Shown: in pieces, positions 28,224-37,579 of the stretch
Numbering within the stretch: the first letter of the stretch is position 1
How the letters are laid out: every line of letters starts with the position of its first letter
Assembly (NCBI GenBank): GCA_028288445.1
Contig: JAQBNT010000286.1
Span: forward strand, 57 to 64,056
Length of the DNA: 64,000 nt
Direction of reading: 5' to 3'
Source: Hymenobacter sp.
GTDB lineage: Bacteria > Bacteroidota > Bacteroidia > Cytophagales > Hymenobacteraceae
Program-made: the position numbers and the translations under genes
Notes under the pieces: model-generated
Told to the model about the DNA's origin: nothing
Database searches by the model: none
What the model saw: only the letters and a program-made list of their open reading frames with translations

Positions 28224-30239
28224 ATGAACCACTCTCTACTCTACGATTTGCTGGTTATCCTGCTGTTGTCGGTGAGCGTGACGCTGCTGTTCAACCGCAT
28301 CCGGCTGCCGTCCATCATCGGGTTTCTGGTGACGGGGATGCTGGCCGGGCCCTACGCGCTGGGCCTGGTGAAGGTGCCCGCCAAGGTGGACCAGGTCGCC
28401 GAAATGGGCATTATCATGCTCATGTTCACCATCGGGCTGGAGTTTTCGGTGCAGAACCTGGGCCGGATGCGGCGGGCGGTTTTTCTGGGGGGCACGTTGC
28501 AGGTGGGCCTCACGGTGGCGGCTGTGGCGGTGCTGGGCATGGCCATGGGCAGTTCGCTCGGCTCAGCCGTGTTCTGGGGCTTTTTGCTGTCGCTCAGCAG
28601 CACGGCCATTGTGCTCAAGCTGATGCAGGAGCGCATGGAAGTGGAGTCGGTGCACGGGCAGATTGTGCTGGCCATCCTGCTGTTTCAGGATTTGGCGGTG
28701 GTGCCCATGATGCTGCTTATTCCGCTGCTGAGCGGGCAGGGCAGCGGCGGCAACCAATTTCTGGTGCTGGGCCTGATGGTGGCCAAAATCCTGGCCGTGG
28801 TGGCCATGGTGGGGCTGAGCGCGCGCTACCTCATGCCGCGCCTGCTGCTGGCCGTAGCCCGCACCCGCAGCCGCGAGCTGTTCCTGCTCACCATCATCGG
28901 CACCTGTTTGGGCGTGGCCGTGCTCACGGAACAGGCGGGGCTGTCGCTGGCGCTGGGGGCCTTTTTGGCGGGGCTCATCATCTCGGAATCCGAATACAGC
29001 TACGAGGCCGTGAGCAGCGTGCTGCCGTTTCGGGAGGTGTTTGCGAGCTTCTTTTTCGTGTCCATCGGCATGTTGTTCGATGTGCACGTGCTACTGGCCC
29101 ATCCAGTTCAAATCGTGCTGCTCACCATCGGAGTCATCTTGCTTAAAATGCTGCTGACGCCGGTTGCCACGGCCTTTTTGCGCGCGCCGGTGGGCGAAAT
29201 TCTGTTTACCGGCATGGCCCTGGCGCAGGTGGGCGAGTTCGCGTTTGTGCTCTCGCGGGAGGGCCTGCGAGCCGGCCTCATCAGGCCCGATAGCTACCAG
29301 ATTTTCCTCGCTATTTCGGTGCTCACCATGTGCTGCACGCCCGGCGTGATGGCCCTGGCGCGGCCCGTGGTGGCGTGGGTGATGCGCCTGCCGTGGCCCC
29401 TGGAGCTGGAGCAGCGCCTGCACGTGGCACCTGTCCCGCCCCCGCCGGCCGTGGCCACAGCCGGGCCGCCGCTCACCGACCACCTCGTCATCGTGGGCTA
29501 CGGCCTGAACGGGCGCAACCTGGTGCGGGCCGCCAAATTTGCCAAGCTCCCCTACATCATCCTCGAAGCCGACGCCGACAAAGTGCACCGGGGCCTGAAG
29601 CGCGGCGAGCGCATGATGTACGGCGACGTAACCCACGAGCACGTGCTGGAGCACCTGGGCGTGGTACGGGCCCGGGTGGTGATGGTCGCCATCTCCGACC
29701 CCGCCGCCGCGCTGCGGGCCGTGGCCGCCATCCGGCGGCTCAACCCCTTGGTGTGCATTCTGGTGCGCACGCTGTACGTGTACGAACGCAAAAACCTCTA
29801 CCACGTAGGTGCTACCGAGGTAATTGCGCAGGAACAGGAAACCTCCATGGAGGTACTGGCGCACGTGCTGGCCCGTTTTCTGGTGCCGCAGGACGACATC
29901 GAAAAGCTCATCGGCGAGCTGCGGCACGGCAGCCACGCCATGCTGCGGCCCCACTCGCTCACCAAAGCCGCCTGGGCCAGCATTCACCTCGGGCTGACCG
30001 GAGCCGAGTTGGCCGCCGTGCCCGTCGAGGCCGACCCGCAAACCTGCCTGCACGGCCAGGTTTTGTCGGAGGCCGAGCTGCGGCGACGCTTCGGGCTCTG
30101 CCTGCTGGCCATCCGGCGCGACGGCGCGATGCTGGAACCGGTGACGAACGAAACGGCCATTCTCCTGCACGACACGCTCTACGTTTTCGGCAAGCCGGCC
30201 CAGGTAGCGCAGCTGCTACAGGTGGTGGAAGCGGCCTGA
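28224..30239 (+). CDS. CPA2 (KefB/KefC/YbaL-like) cation:proton antiporter with RCK N and C domains
   Basis: AEMGIIMLMFTIGLE, LSLSSTAIV, ILLFQDL, LGAFLAG, FFFVSIG, QVGEFAFV, IVGYGLNG (GxGxxG), C-terminal TrkA-C. Confidence 0.93.
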   Translation: MNHSLLYDLLVILLLSVSVTLLFNRIRLPSIIGFLVTGMLAGPYALGLVKVPAKVDQVAEMGIIMLMFTIGLEFSVQNLGRMRRAVFLGGTLQVGLTVAAVAVLGMAMGSSLGSAVFWGFLLSLSSTAIVLKLMQERMEVESVHGQIVLAILLFQDLAVVPMMLLIPLLSGQGSGGNQFLVLGLMVAKILAVVAMVGLSARYLMPRLLLAVARTRSRELFLLTIIGTCLGVAVLTEQAGLSLALGAFLAGLIISESEYSYEAVSSVLPFREVFASFFFVSIGMLFDVHVLLAHPVQIVLLTIGVILLKMLLTPVATAFLRAPVGEILFTGMALAQVGEFAFVLSREGLRAGLIRPDSYQIFLAISVLTMCCTPGVMALARPVVAWVMRLPWPLELEQRLHVAPVPPPPAVATAGPPLTDHLVIVGYGLNGRNLVRAAKFAKLPYIILEADADKVHRGLKRGERMMYGDVTHEHVLEHLGVVRARVVMVAISDPAAALRAVAAIRRLNPLVCILVRTLYVYERKNLYHVGATEVIAQEQETSMEVLAHVLARFLVPQDDIEKLIGELRHGSHAMLRPHSLTKAAWASIHLGLTGAELAAVPVEADPQTCLHGQVLSEAELRRRFGLCLLAIRRDGAMLEPVTNETAILLHDTLYVFGKPAQVAQLLQVVEAA

Positions 30240-30255
30240 ACAGGGCGCTAAAATC

Positions 30256-31038
30256 CTAAAGCAACCGCAGCTGGTCGACCAGGATTTCCTGCACATCGGT
30301 GGGGCGGATGATGCCGCGGCGGGGGCGGTCCAGCTCCAGCGTGATGAAAACCACCAACGTCACCATCAGGTGGAAGGTGACGATGGCCATCCAGTCGAAC
30401 CGGGCGCGGTTGGCGCTCACGTAGCCCGAAAAAAAGGCCGTGATGAGGGCAATGATGAACAGCATATACATCACGGCATCGGGCACATGCACGCGCAGCG
30501 AGGCTTGGCGGGTCACCCCGTTCACCGTCACTTCGTTCAGTGCATCCACCATTTTATCGGTCGCCATGGCGTACTGCGGGTTGCCCGACAGTCGCACCAC
30601 CCGGTGCCACACCTGGTTGCTGGCCGTATCGGCATGGACCAGCGTGGCCCTGATGGTCGTCGAATCATCGGGGGCCTCGCCGAAGGCAATGCGCGCCTCC
30701 AGGTAGCGGCGCAGCTCCCGCCGGAACCCGGCGCGCTCGGGGTTGGGGTAGAGGTCGGCCCGCAACACCACGGTGCGGAAGCTGGCGGCCAGGGCCACCA
30801 GGGCATCGCGTCGGGCCTCGAAGCGGGCGCTGGCCATCGAAAACGAGAAGGCCAGCAACAAGCCCTGCAACGCCAGCAGCGAAGCCACGGCCACCGACTG
30901 CTCGGTGGTGTTGGTGATGTAGGATTTGCGGCGGCGGCCCTCCCACAAGCCGGCCCAGGTCAGGAGCAGCAGCAGGCCGAAGAGCATGAATACCAGCAGG
31001 CGCGAATCGGTGCGGTACAGCAGTGAATATTCTCTCAT
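30256..31038 (-). CDS. DUF4239-like (bestrophin-like) membrane protein
   Basis: LLALQGLLLAFSFSMASARFEARR, R.ELRRY, TLELDRPRRG motifs; start could be 31131 or 31038. Confidence 0.75.
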   Translation of the reverse strand: MREYSLLYRTDSRLLVFMLFGLLLLLTWAGLWEGRRRKSYITNTTEQSVAVASLLALQGLLLAFSFSMASARFEARRDALVALAASFRTVVLRADLYPNPERAGFRRELRRYLEARIAFGEAPDDSTTIRATLVHADTASNQVWHRVVRLSGNPQYAMATDKMVDALNEVTVNGVTRQASLRVHVPDAVMYMLFIIALITAFFSGYVSANRARFDWMAIVTFHLMVTLVVFITLELDRPRRGIIRPTDVQEILVDQLRLL

Positions 31039-31284
31039 CAGTCCCTGGCTCAAATCACCGAAAACCCCATTCATCAGCAGGAAACCGTCTTGCTGGCCGG
31101 GCCAGTCAGGGCCGTCGATGAAAGGCATCATGGTATTGCCGGCAATTTCTTCATGCGGTGAATATCAACCCCATAAAGGCGGCAATACTTAATGAAAATC
31201 AGGTCATCACCTATTCATTGTTCTGTTTTTTCCCGAAAGCTCCGCCGGGTCGATTTTGCCATTCAGCGGCCTGCGCCCGATGAT

Positions 31285-31350
31285 GTGATATAAATCAAGT
31301 GGTAAGCTGATTGTATTCAATGCACTGCCCACTGTAGGGACGGAAATTTG
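31285..31350 (+). promoter_or_regulatory. CRP/FNR-type promoter: two boxes plus -7 element
   Basis: GTGAT-ATAA-ATCAA (31285), CTGAT-TGTA-TTCAA (31307), GAAATTTG (31343). Confidence 0.8.
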
Positions 31351-31477
31351 CGAAGAGTTTGCCGCGCACGGCCGCGCCGCTCCTGCCCGTCCAATCTGCC
31401 GCTGTGCGAAGGCCGCTTCGGCCCGGCTAGCCATCTCCCACGCCGCCTTTTTTCCCTCTTCTAATTCCCGTAAGCTC

Positions 31478-32935
31478 ATGGAAACCATTGAACATCCGAC
31501 CCAGACCGTTGCGCAGGAAAACGTAGCAGACAGTGACATCACGGCGGCCATCGAAACGCTGTTTTCAAGCGGCCGCGGGGTCACGGCGCACCTCATCGAT
31601 GTGACCACCCTGCACGGCGTGGTGGAGCTCACCGGCTTCACCGACAGCCTGTTATCTAAGCAGCGAACCAGGGACATTGCCTTGGCCGTGCGGGGCGTGC
31701 GCAGCGTGGTGGACGAGTTGGAAATCCGCACGCCCGAGCTGCCCGACCCCGAGCTGCGCCGCAACGTGGAGCGCGCCCTGGCCCACGACTCCGCCACCAG
31801 CGACTACAAGGTGAGCTGCACCGTGGCCAACGGGGCCGTGACGGTGAGCGGCGTGGTGCAAACCTGGCAGGAGAAGCAGCTGGTGCTGCGCGTGTTGCGC
31901 GGCGTGCGGGGTGTGCGCCGCATCGAAGTTGATAACCTGAAGGTGCGGGGCGGCGAAAACATGAATTCCGACGAGGAAATCTCCACCGAAATCCGCGAGA
32001 TGCTCGACTGGGACATTCGGGTAAACAGCGCGCTGGTGGAGGTGCACACCAGCAAGAAACAGGTGCAGCTGTCGGGCACCGTAGGCTCGGCGGCTGAGAA
32101 GGAGCGCATTATCGACGTGGCCTACCAGGCCGGGGCCGCCCGCGTAGATGCCCACGACCTGTTTGTGGCCTACTGGGCCGTGGTGGGCGATTTGCGGCGC
32201 GACAAGTTCGCCCACCGGCCCGACGAGGAGATTGCCAAAGCCGTGCGCGACACCTTCCGCTACGACCCGCGGGTGCTGTCCTACGAGCCCGGCGTGCTGG
32301 TGCACGACGGCTACGTCACGCTCACGGGCACGGTGAGCAACCTGCGCGCCAAGCTCGATGCCGAGCAGGACGCCCGCCACGTAGTGGGCGTGTGGGACGT
32401 GCAGAACCGCCTGAAAGTGCGTCCGCCCCACCCGCTGCCCGATGCCGTAATCCGCCAAAACGTGAAGGACGCGCTGGGCCGCGACCCTTACGTGGGCGAT
32501 TTTGACTTCATGGTGCTGGTGTACAACGGCAAAGTGTACCTGGACGGGCGCGTGGGCAACCACTTCGAGCAGGAGCACGCCGCCGACGTGGCCGCCGGCA
32601 TCACCGGCGTGGCCGAGGTGGCCAACCGCCTCGAAGTGACCGGCACCACCTGCGCCACCGGGCTGCGGCCCTACGGCCGGCCCGCCGCCGGCCTGCACCC
32701 CGCCCCCCTCGCCGACCCCGACTACGCCCTGGCCGAGCGCATTCGGCGGCGGCATTACTGGTCGGCCGGCCTCTACCACCAGGAGGTGAACGTGCAGGCC
32801 GAAAACGGCGTGGCCACGCTCTCCGGCATGGTCGACACGTGGTTCGACCGCGAGCAGGCCGGCTTTGAAGCCTACGAGGCGGGGGCCCGCTTCGTGAACA
32901 ACGAGCTGCAGGTGCGCACGCCCGTGCATGGGTAA
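31478..32935 (+). CDS. multi-BON domain protein (about six BON domains, no signal peptide)
   Basis: Repeated D..I...(V/I)...L ... G.V.L.G.V ... A....GV..V.N.L units. Confidence 0.92.
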   Translation: METIEHPTQTVAQENVADSDITAAIETLFSSGRGVTAHLIDVTTLHGVVELTGFTDSLLSKQRTRDIALAVRGVRSVVDELEIRTPELPDPELRRNVERALAHDSATSDYKVSCTVANGAVTVSGVVQTWQEKQLVLRVLRGVRGVRRIEVDNLKVRGGENMNSDEEISTEIREMLDWDIRVNSALVEVHTSKKQVQLSGTVGSAAEKERIIDVAYQAGAARVDAHDLFVAYWAVVGDLRRDKFAHRPDEEIAKAVRDTFRYDPRVLSYEPGVLVHDGYVTLTGTVSNLRAKLDAEQDARHVVGVWDVQNRLKVRPPHPLPDAVIRQNVKDALGRDPYVGDFDFMVLVYNGKVYLDGRVGNHFEQEHAADVAAGITGVAEVANRLEVTGTTCATGLRPYGRPAAGLHPAPLADPDYALAERIRRRHYWSAGLYHQEVNVQAENGVATLSGMVDTWFDREQAGFEAYEAGARFVNNELQVRTPVHG

Positions 32936-32970
32936 TTCCGGGTTTTCACTGCTTATTTTCTTAACGCGCC

Positions 32971-33798
32971 ATGTCGCCCTGCCTGGTTGTCCTCACCGAT
33001 TTCTTCGCCGTTTCTAACCGGGCGCTTTCCTACGCGGCGGGCCTGGCCGTGCCCCTGAAGGCGCATTTGCTGCTGCTGCACGCCCAGCACGACCAGCTGC
33101 TGGCACCCGACGAATTTGGGGCCTACCACACCTGGGCCGGCGAGGAAAAAACGCTGCACGCGCTGGAAAAGCTGGCCGCCGCCCAGGCGGTGCCCACCGA
33201 AGTGGAATTCTCTGACAACTCCATTTCCGACACCGTGCGCGAGGTCATTGGCGAGCGGGAGGTGCTGGCCGTGGTGCTGGGCCAGGCCGGCTTCCGGCAC
33301 GCGCCGCCGGGACTAGTGGCCCGCACCGCTATGGGGGTACTGCGCCGTGCGGCCTGCCCGCTGCTGCTGGTGCCGGCCATGGGCTGGGACAAGTTTCCGC
33401 CTCGGCGCCTGCTGCTGGCCGTCGATGGCGACCCGTTCAGCCTCGGGCCGCACCACGGCGCCATTTACCGCCTGCTGCACGCCCTGCAAAGCACCCTGGA
33501 AGTGGTGCACATCACCGACGATGAGCACGAACGGCCCACCGCCAGCGCCCTGCTCGCCACCATCACCCAGAACGACCTCGTGGAAGACATCGCGGATGCG
33601 CCCCTGCACCTGCACGAGCGGTACCACGCCCGCGTGGCCAGCGGTGTGCTCACCGAAGCTGCTCAGCTGGAGGCCGATATGCTGGTGGTGGTGGCCCGGC
33701 ACCGCAGTTTCATGGGCAATTTATTTCATCGCAGCGTCACGGCCCAGCTCATTCTGGAAAGCCCGATTCCGGTGCTGGTGCTGCCGGCGGAGGACTAA
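32971..33798 (+). CDS. universal stress protein 3
   Basis: LVVLTDFF, CPLLLVP, SFMGNLFHRSVTAQLILESPIPVLVLP. Confidence 0.92.
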   Translation: MSPCLVVLTDFFAVSNRALSYAAGLAVPLKAHLLLLHAQHDQLLAPDEFGAYHTWAGEEKTLHALEKLAAAQAVPTEVEFSDNSISDTVREVIGEREVLAVVLGQAGFRHAPPGLVARTAMGVLRRAACPLLLVPAMGWDKFPPRRLLLAVDGDPFSLGPHHGAIYRLLHALQSTLEVVHITDDEHERPTASALLATITQNDLVEDIADAPLHLHERYHARVASGVLTEAAQLEADMLVVVARHRSFMGNLFHRSVTAQLILESPIPVLVLPAED

Positions 33799-33834
33799 AG
33801 GATAGAGTCGGGTGATAAAGAAACGTTAGAAACG

Positions 33835-33929
33835 GTCATGCTGAGCGCAGTCGAAGCATCTCTACCGCTTCGTTGTGGCAGCATTGATTACTAATGAGGT
33901 AGAGATACTTCGACTGCGCTCAGCATGAC
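33835..33929. repeat. REP/MITE-like palindromic element (GTCATGCTGAGC family)
   Basis: 32-bp arms GTCATGCTGAGCGCAGTCGAAGCATCTCTACC / GGTAGAGATACTTCGACTGCGCTCAGCATGAC with one mismatch. Confidence 0.9.
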
Positions 33930-33988
33930 GGGCTATTAGCCCACTTTTTAGCTCTCCTTACTCACCTTTTTTCTGTTGATTCCCTCCC

Positions 33989-34837
33989 ATGGCACCCTCC
34001 ATTCTGGTACTCGCCAATGTGTCGGCCACCGCCGAGCGGGCCGCCCGCTACGCCGCCAGGCTGGGCGCACCTCTGCATGCCAACGTAGTCCTGCTCAACC
34101 TGCTCGCCCTCAATACCTACCCGGTGACGCTAACCCCGGAGCTGGCCGAAATAGAAACCCGGGAAGCCGCGCTGGAACGCAATGAGCGGCTGGAAGGCCT
34201 GTGGTCGATTGCCCGGCAGCTGCCCGGCCTGGCCGTGGTGGAAGAAGCGTCGGGGCCCATGTTCGATGCCGTGACCACGGCCGTGCGGCAGCACCAGTCC
34301 CAGCTGCTGGTGATGGGCCTGAGCCCCGAGCACAGCCTGCTCGACCACTTGCTGCACAACCAGATATTGCCCGTGCTGCGCGCCACGCACCTGCCCCTGC
34401 TGCTGGTACCCGAGGCGGCTCCGCCGCCCGGGCTGCCCCGGCGCGTGCTGCTGGCCCTCGACGGCGCGCCCTTCACGCCCAATGCGGCGGCCCGGCACCT
34501 GGCCCCGCTGCTGGCCGCCTGCCCGGCCACCTTCACCATCGCGCACCTAGCCGAGGACGACGAGCCGCTCGAATTCTCCAACCAGCTGGTGCGGGCCGAG
34601 CTGCGGGCGAGCATGCTCCTGCCCGCCAGCACGTCGGTCGAGCTGTACCAGATAACGAACCAGTCGCCCGCCGACGGCATTCTGCAGGCCAGCTTCGATA
34701 CCCAGGCCGATTTGGTGGTGCTCATTGCCCGGCCGCGCAGTTTTCTGGGGCGGCTGTTTCATCGCAGCGTCACGGCCCAGGTCATCAGCCGCAGCCAGAA
34801 GCCGGTGCTGCTGCTGCCCGCCGAGGAATCGGACTAG
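33989..34837 (+). CDS. universal stress protein 4
   Basis: ILVLANVS, LPLLLVPE, SFLGRLFHRSVTAQVIS.SQKPVLLLP. Confidence 0.92.
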   Translation: MAPSILVLANVSATAERAARYAARLGAPLHANVVLLNLLALNTYPVTLTPELAEIETREAALERNERLEGLWSIARQLPGLAVVEEASGPMFDAVTTAVRQHQSQLLVMGLSPEHSLLDHLLHNQILPVLRATHLPLLLVPEAAPPPGLPRRVLLALDGAPFTPNAAARHLAPLLAACPATFTIAHLAEDDEPLEFSNQLVRAELRASMLLPASTSVELYQITNQSPADGILQASFDTQADLVVLIARPRSFLGRLFHRSVTAQVISRSQKPVLLLPAEESD

Positions 34838-34897
34838 GCCCCGGCCTCCTCTCGCATTGCTTTATTCCGGCAGTATTCACCCCTCACTATTGCTATC

Positions 34898-35152
34898 ATG
34901 AAAACGAAACGCAAATTCACCACTCCCGCCTACGAGCCGGCCACCAAATCCCACGCCGGCACCCCGCACTACGCCGCCTTCGGCAAGGAAACCGATAAAC
35001 AAACGCCCGCCAACCCGGCCCGCGACGCTGCCGCTGCCCTCATTGCCGAAGGCGGCCCCGAAACCAAGCTCCACAAAGCCTACGCCGCTGAAGACCCGCG
35101 CTACGCCGGTGGCGACGTGTTCGACCTGAACAACGAGCAAACAGGCTTATAA
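34898..35152 (+). CDS. small hydrophilic hypothetical protein
   Basis: 84 aa, GC3-biased codons, follows USP4 on the same strand. Confidence 0.7.
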   Translation: MKTKRKFTTPAYEPATKSHAGTPHYAAFGKETDKQTPANPARDAAAALIAEGGPETKLHKAYAAEDPRYAGGDVFDLNNEQTGL

Positions 35153-35246
35153 GCAAGCGGTTCTACCCGAACAGCCGCGGCGCACGCCCGTAAAACCAGG
35201 GCTGGGCCCAGCGCCCTTTGTCCTTTTGAACTAGCCGGCACGCCGC

Positions 35247-36017
35247 GTGCAGTTAGCCGTGAATGAAGGCTCGTTGCTGAACCAGACCGGCTTGTTGACC
35301 CGCTTTGCCGGGCGGTTTTTTCGTGAGCTTTTCCGGCCGGGCTTCGAATGGGCCGAGTTGCTGCGCCAGTGCTTCGCGGTGGGGTATCAGTCGCTGCTGG
35401 TGAGCGTTACGGGATTTATTATGGGCCTGGTCATCACCATGCGGCTGCGGCCCACCATGGTGCAGTTCGGGGCCGAGGCGTGGATTCCGACCATGGTGGG
35501 CATCACCATCATCCGCGAGATGGGGCCCATCATCACGGGCCTGATGGTGGCCGGCAAGGTCAGCTCCAACATCGGGGCCGAGTTGGGCTCGATGCGCGTG
35601 ACCGAGCAGATTGACGCCATGGAAGTTTCGGGCACCAACCCGTTTAAGTACCTGGTGGTGACGCGGGTGGTGGCCACCACGCTCATGGTGCCGGTGCTCT
35701 CCATCCTGGCCGATGCCATCAGCCTGAGCGGGGCTTACCTGGGCGTGCGGCTGCACGGCGACACTTCCTTGCCGCTGTTTATCAACGATGTTTTGAACAA
35801 GCTCACCCTGGCAGCGGTAGCGGAGTCCCTGGTTAAATGCGTCTGCTTCGGCTTCGCCATCGGCCTGGTGGGCTGCTACAAAGGCTACTACGCCACGGAA
35901 GGCACCGAAGGCGTGGGCCGGGCAGCCAATTCCGCCGTAGTAGTCGCGTCGCTCATCGTCTTCGTGCTCGATTTGCTGACCGTTCAACTGAGCACCATCC
36001 TCGGGATTGACAATTGA
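35247..36017 (+). CDS. mlaE: MlaE family ABC transporter permease (orphan)
   Basis: IIREMGPIITGL..AGKV.S.IGAELGSMRVTEQIDAMEV.G..P..YLV..R; EGVG.A...AVV; GTG start uncertain. Confidence 0.9.
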   Translation: MQLAVNEGSLLNQTGLLTRFAGRFFRELFRPGFEWAELLRQCFAVGYQSLLVSVTGFIMGLVITMRLRPTMVQFGAEAWIPTMVGITIIREMGPIITGLMVAGKVSSNIGAELGSMRVTEQIDAMEVSGTNPFKYLVVTRVVATTLMVPVLSILADAISLSGAYLGVRLHGDTSLPLFINDVLNKLTLAAVAESLVKCVCFGFAIGLVGCYKGYYATEGTEGVGRAANSAVVVASLIVFVLDLLTVQLSTILGIDN

Positions 36018-36120
36018 TTGGCGGACCAGTGAATTTTCAGATTAATAAATTGATTTTCAGAGCTAATTACAGCGCGAAATCACGACACTATCAGGAGCAA
36101 ACCCGCTGCTGCCGTGGGCG

Positions 36121-36975
36121 CTACGCCACGGCGGGCAGCACCAGCACGGGCACGGGGCTGGTGCGCAACAAATCAGCCGTTACATCATGGTGAAACAGGT
36201 TGCCGGGGAAGGGATGAGGGCGGGGCATCACCACGAGCAGGTCGGCATCCAGGTCGCTCACGGCGTGCAGCAGGCCCGCCACAGGGCCCACTTCGCGCTC
36301 TTCGTACAAGCTGTTGCCATCCAGCGGCCCGAACAGGCCAGTTTCGCGCACGGATTTCAACGCTTCAGCAGCGCGGGAGGAGCCGTGGGCGTGGGCTGCT
36401 ACGTGCACCACCGTGACGGCGGGGTGCAACCGGGCCAGCACCGGGGCCAGGTCCTGGGTGGCAGCCGTCAGGGCCAGGGGTGCGCCATCGGCCGCTACCA
36501 CCAGGTGGCGCGGGAGTTCCGGCCGGGGCCAGTCTTCGGGCACCAGCAGCACCGGAATGTGGGTGGCGTCCAGGGTCGCGGCCTTGTGCGACTGCGTGAG
36601 CAAATGCGTAAACCAAGCGTGGGCGTGGGCCCGGCCCAGCACCAGCAGCTGTGGGTAGCGGTGGGCCAGCAGGCGGTGAAGCGCCTTGCCCATGGGGGCT
36701 TCCATCAGCTCGGCCTCGGCGGGCACGGGCAGCAGTTGGGCCTCCCGGTTCAGCTCGGCCAGTACGGCGTCGCGGCTGGCCCGGGGGCGGGCATGCATTC
36801 CGGGCTGGCCGAAAGCTGGCCCCGGGGGAAAATCGGTGGGGCCAACGGCGTGGTCTTCGAAGACGTGCAGCAGCAGCACCTGCCCCTCCACCAGCGTGGC
36901 CAGGCGGGTGGTGTAGGCCAGGGCGGCCTCCGCCGCCGCCGAAAAATCGGTCATTACAACAAACGTCGGTTGCAT
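36121..36975 (-). CDS. universal stress protein 5
   Basis: Start at ATG 36975 (MQPTFVVMTDFS); IPVLLVPE; FPGNLFHHDVTADLL..SPVPVLVLP. Confidence 0.92.
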   Translation of the reverse strand: MQPTFVVMTDFSAAAEAALAYTTRLATLVEGQVLLLHVFEDHAVGPTDFPPGPAFGQPGMHARPRASRDAVLAELNREAQLLPVPAEAELMEAPMGKALHRLLAHRYPQLLVLGRAHAHAWFTHLLTQSHKAATLDATHIPVLLVPEDWPRPELPRHLVVAADGAPLALTAATQDLAPVLARLHPAVTVVHVAAHAHGSSRAAEALKSVRETGLFGPLDGNSLYEEREVGPVAGLLHAVSDLDADLLVVMPRPHPFPGNLFHHDVTADLLRTSPVPVLVLPAVA

Positions 36976-37098
36976 AGTGGCAGGGGAAATGGCCCGCGCC
37001 GGGCGGTAATTAAAAACCAGATTGCACGTGTGCAAAAGCGTCGATTCCGGGGCGCTACCGGGGCTGTGCCGACGCTGAATGGCCTGGCAGCAAGGATG

Positions 37099-37142
37099 TA
37101 AAACTGCACCCGTTTGGGGCGGAAAACCATGATTTGCATCAG
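37099..37142 (-). promoter_or_regulatory. CRP/FNR-type promoter of USP5
   Basis: Box ATGAT-TTGC-ATCAG (37129-37142); minus-strand CAGTTTTA at 37106-37099, 22 bp away. Confidence 0.72.
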
Positions 37143-37314
37143 GTAATAGGGCAGTGCTTCGCAGAGGCTCAAAGAACTGAGCAACTGCCCATTCCATAGG
37201 CCGGGTTTGCTTTTCGGCAGATGCTTGTCATCGCCTGCCGCTCGGGCCCTGGCGGCATTGCACGCTGCCCAGCGCCCGGCCGCCTGAACCGTGGGGCAAC
37301 CCAAGCGGCTCCAT

Positions 37315-37380
37315 GTGATTAAAATCAAGCCCCGCCTTGATTAGCGTCAATTTCCTCGCTTGGGCCGGGGTCTACCTTTG
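37315..37380 (+). promoter_or_regulatory. CRP/FNR-type promoter of the kinase-regulator operon (autoregulation)
   Basis: GTGAT-TAAA-ATCAA (37315), TTGAT-TAGC-GTCAA (37337), canonical TACCTTTG (37373). Confidence 0.85.
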
Positions 37381-37579
37381 CGCTGAGCACTCACTCCTGC
37401 TGCGGGCGGGAAGCAAATGGCTTTCTGCTCGCAGCTTTGGGAGAGCTGGATACGATAGAACGGGGCGCTGATTCATGGCTCGAACGGCGGCTCTGTATGG
37501 GAATTAAGCTGAACATTATTGGATTACTGATATATTTATGATTATTGCAAAAACGTAAGGCTCTAGCCTGCGTTTGCAT

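Noticed and set aside
31148-31201. TGA-N3-TCA motifs upstream of the DUF4239 gene
   Set aside because: The spacing differs from the regulon box (TGA-N6-TCA) and no matching -7 element was found.
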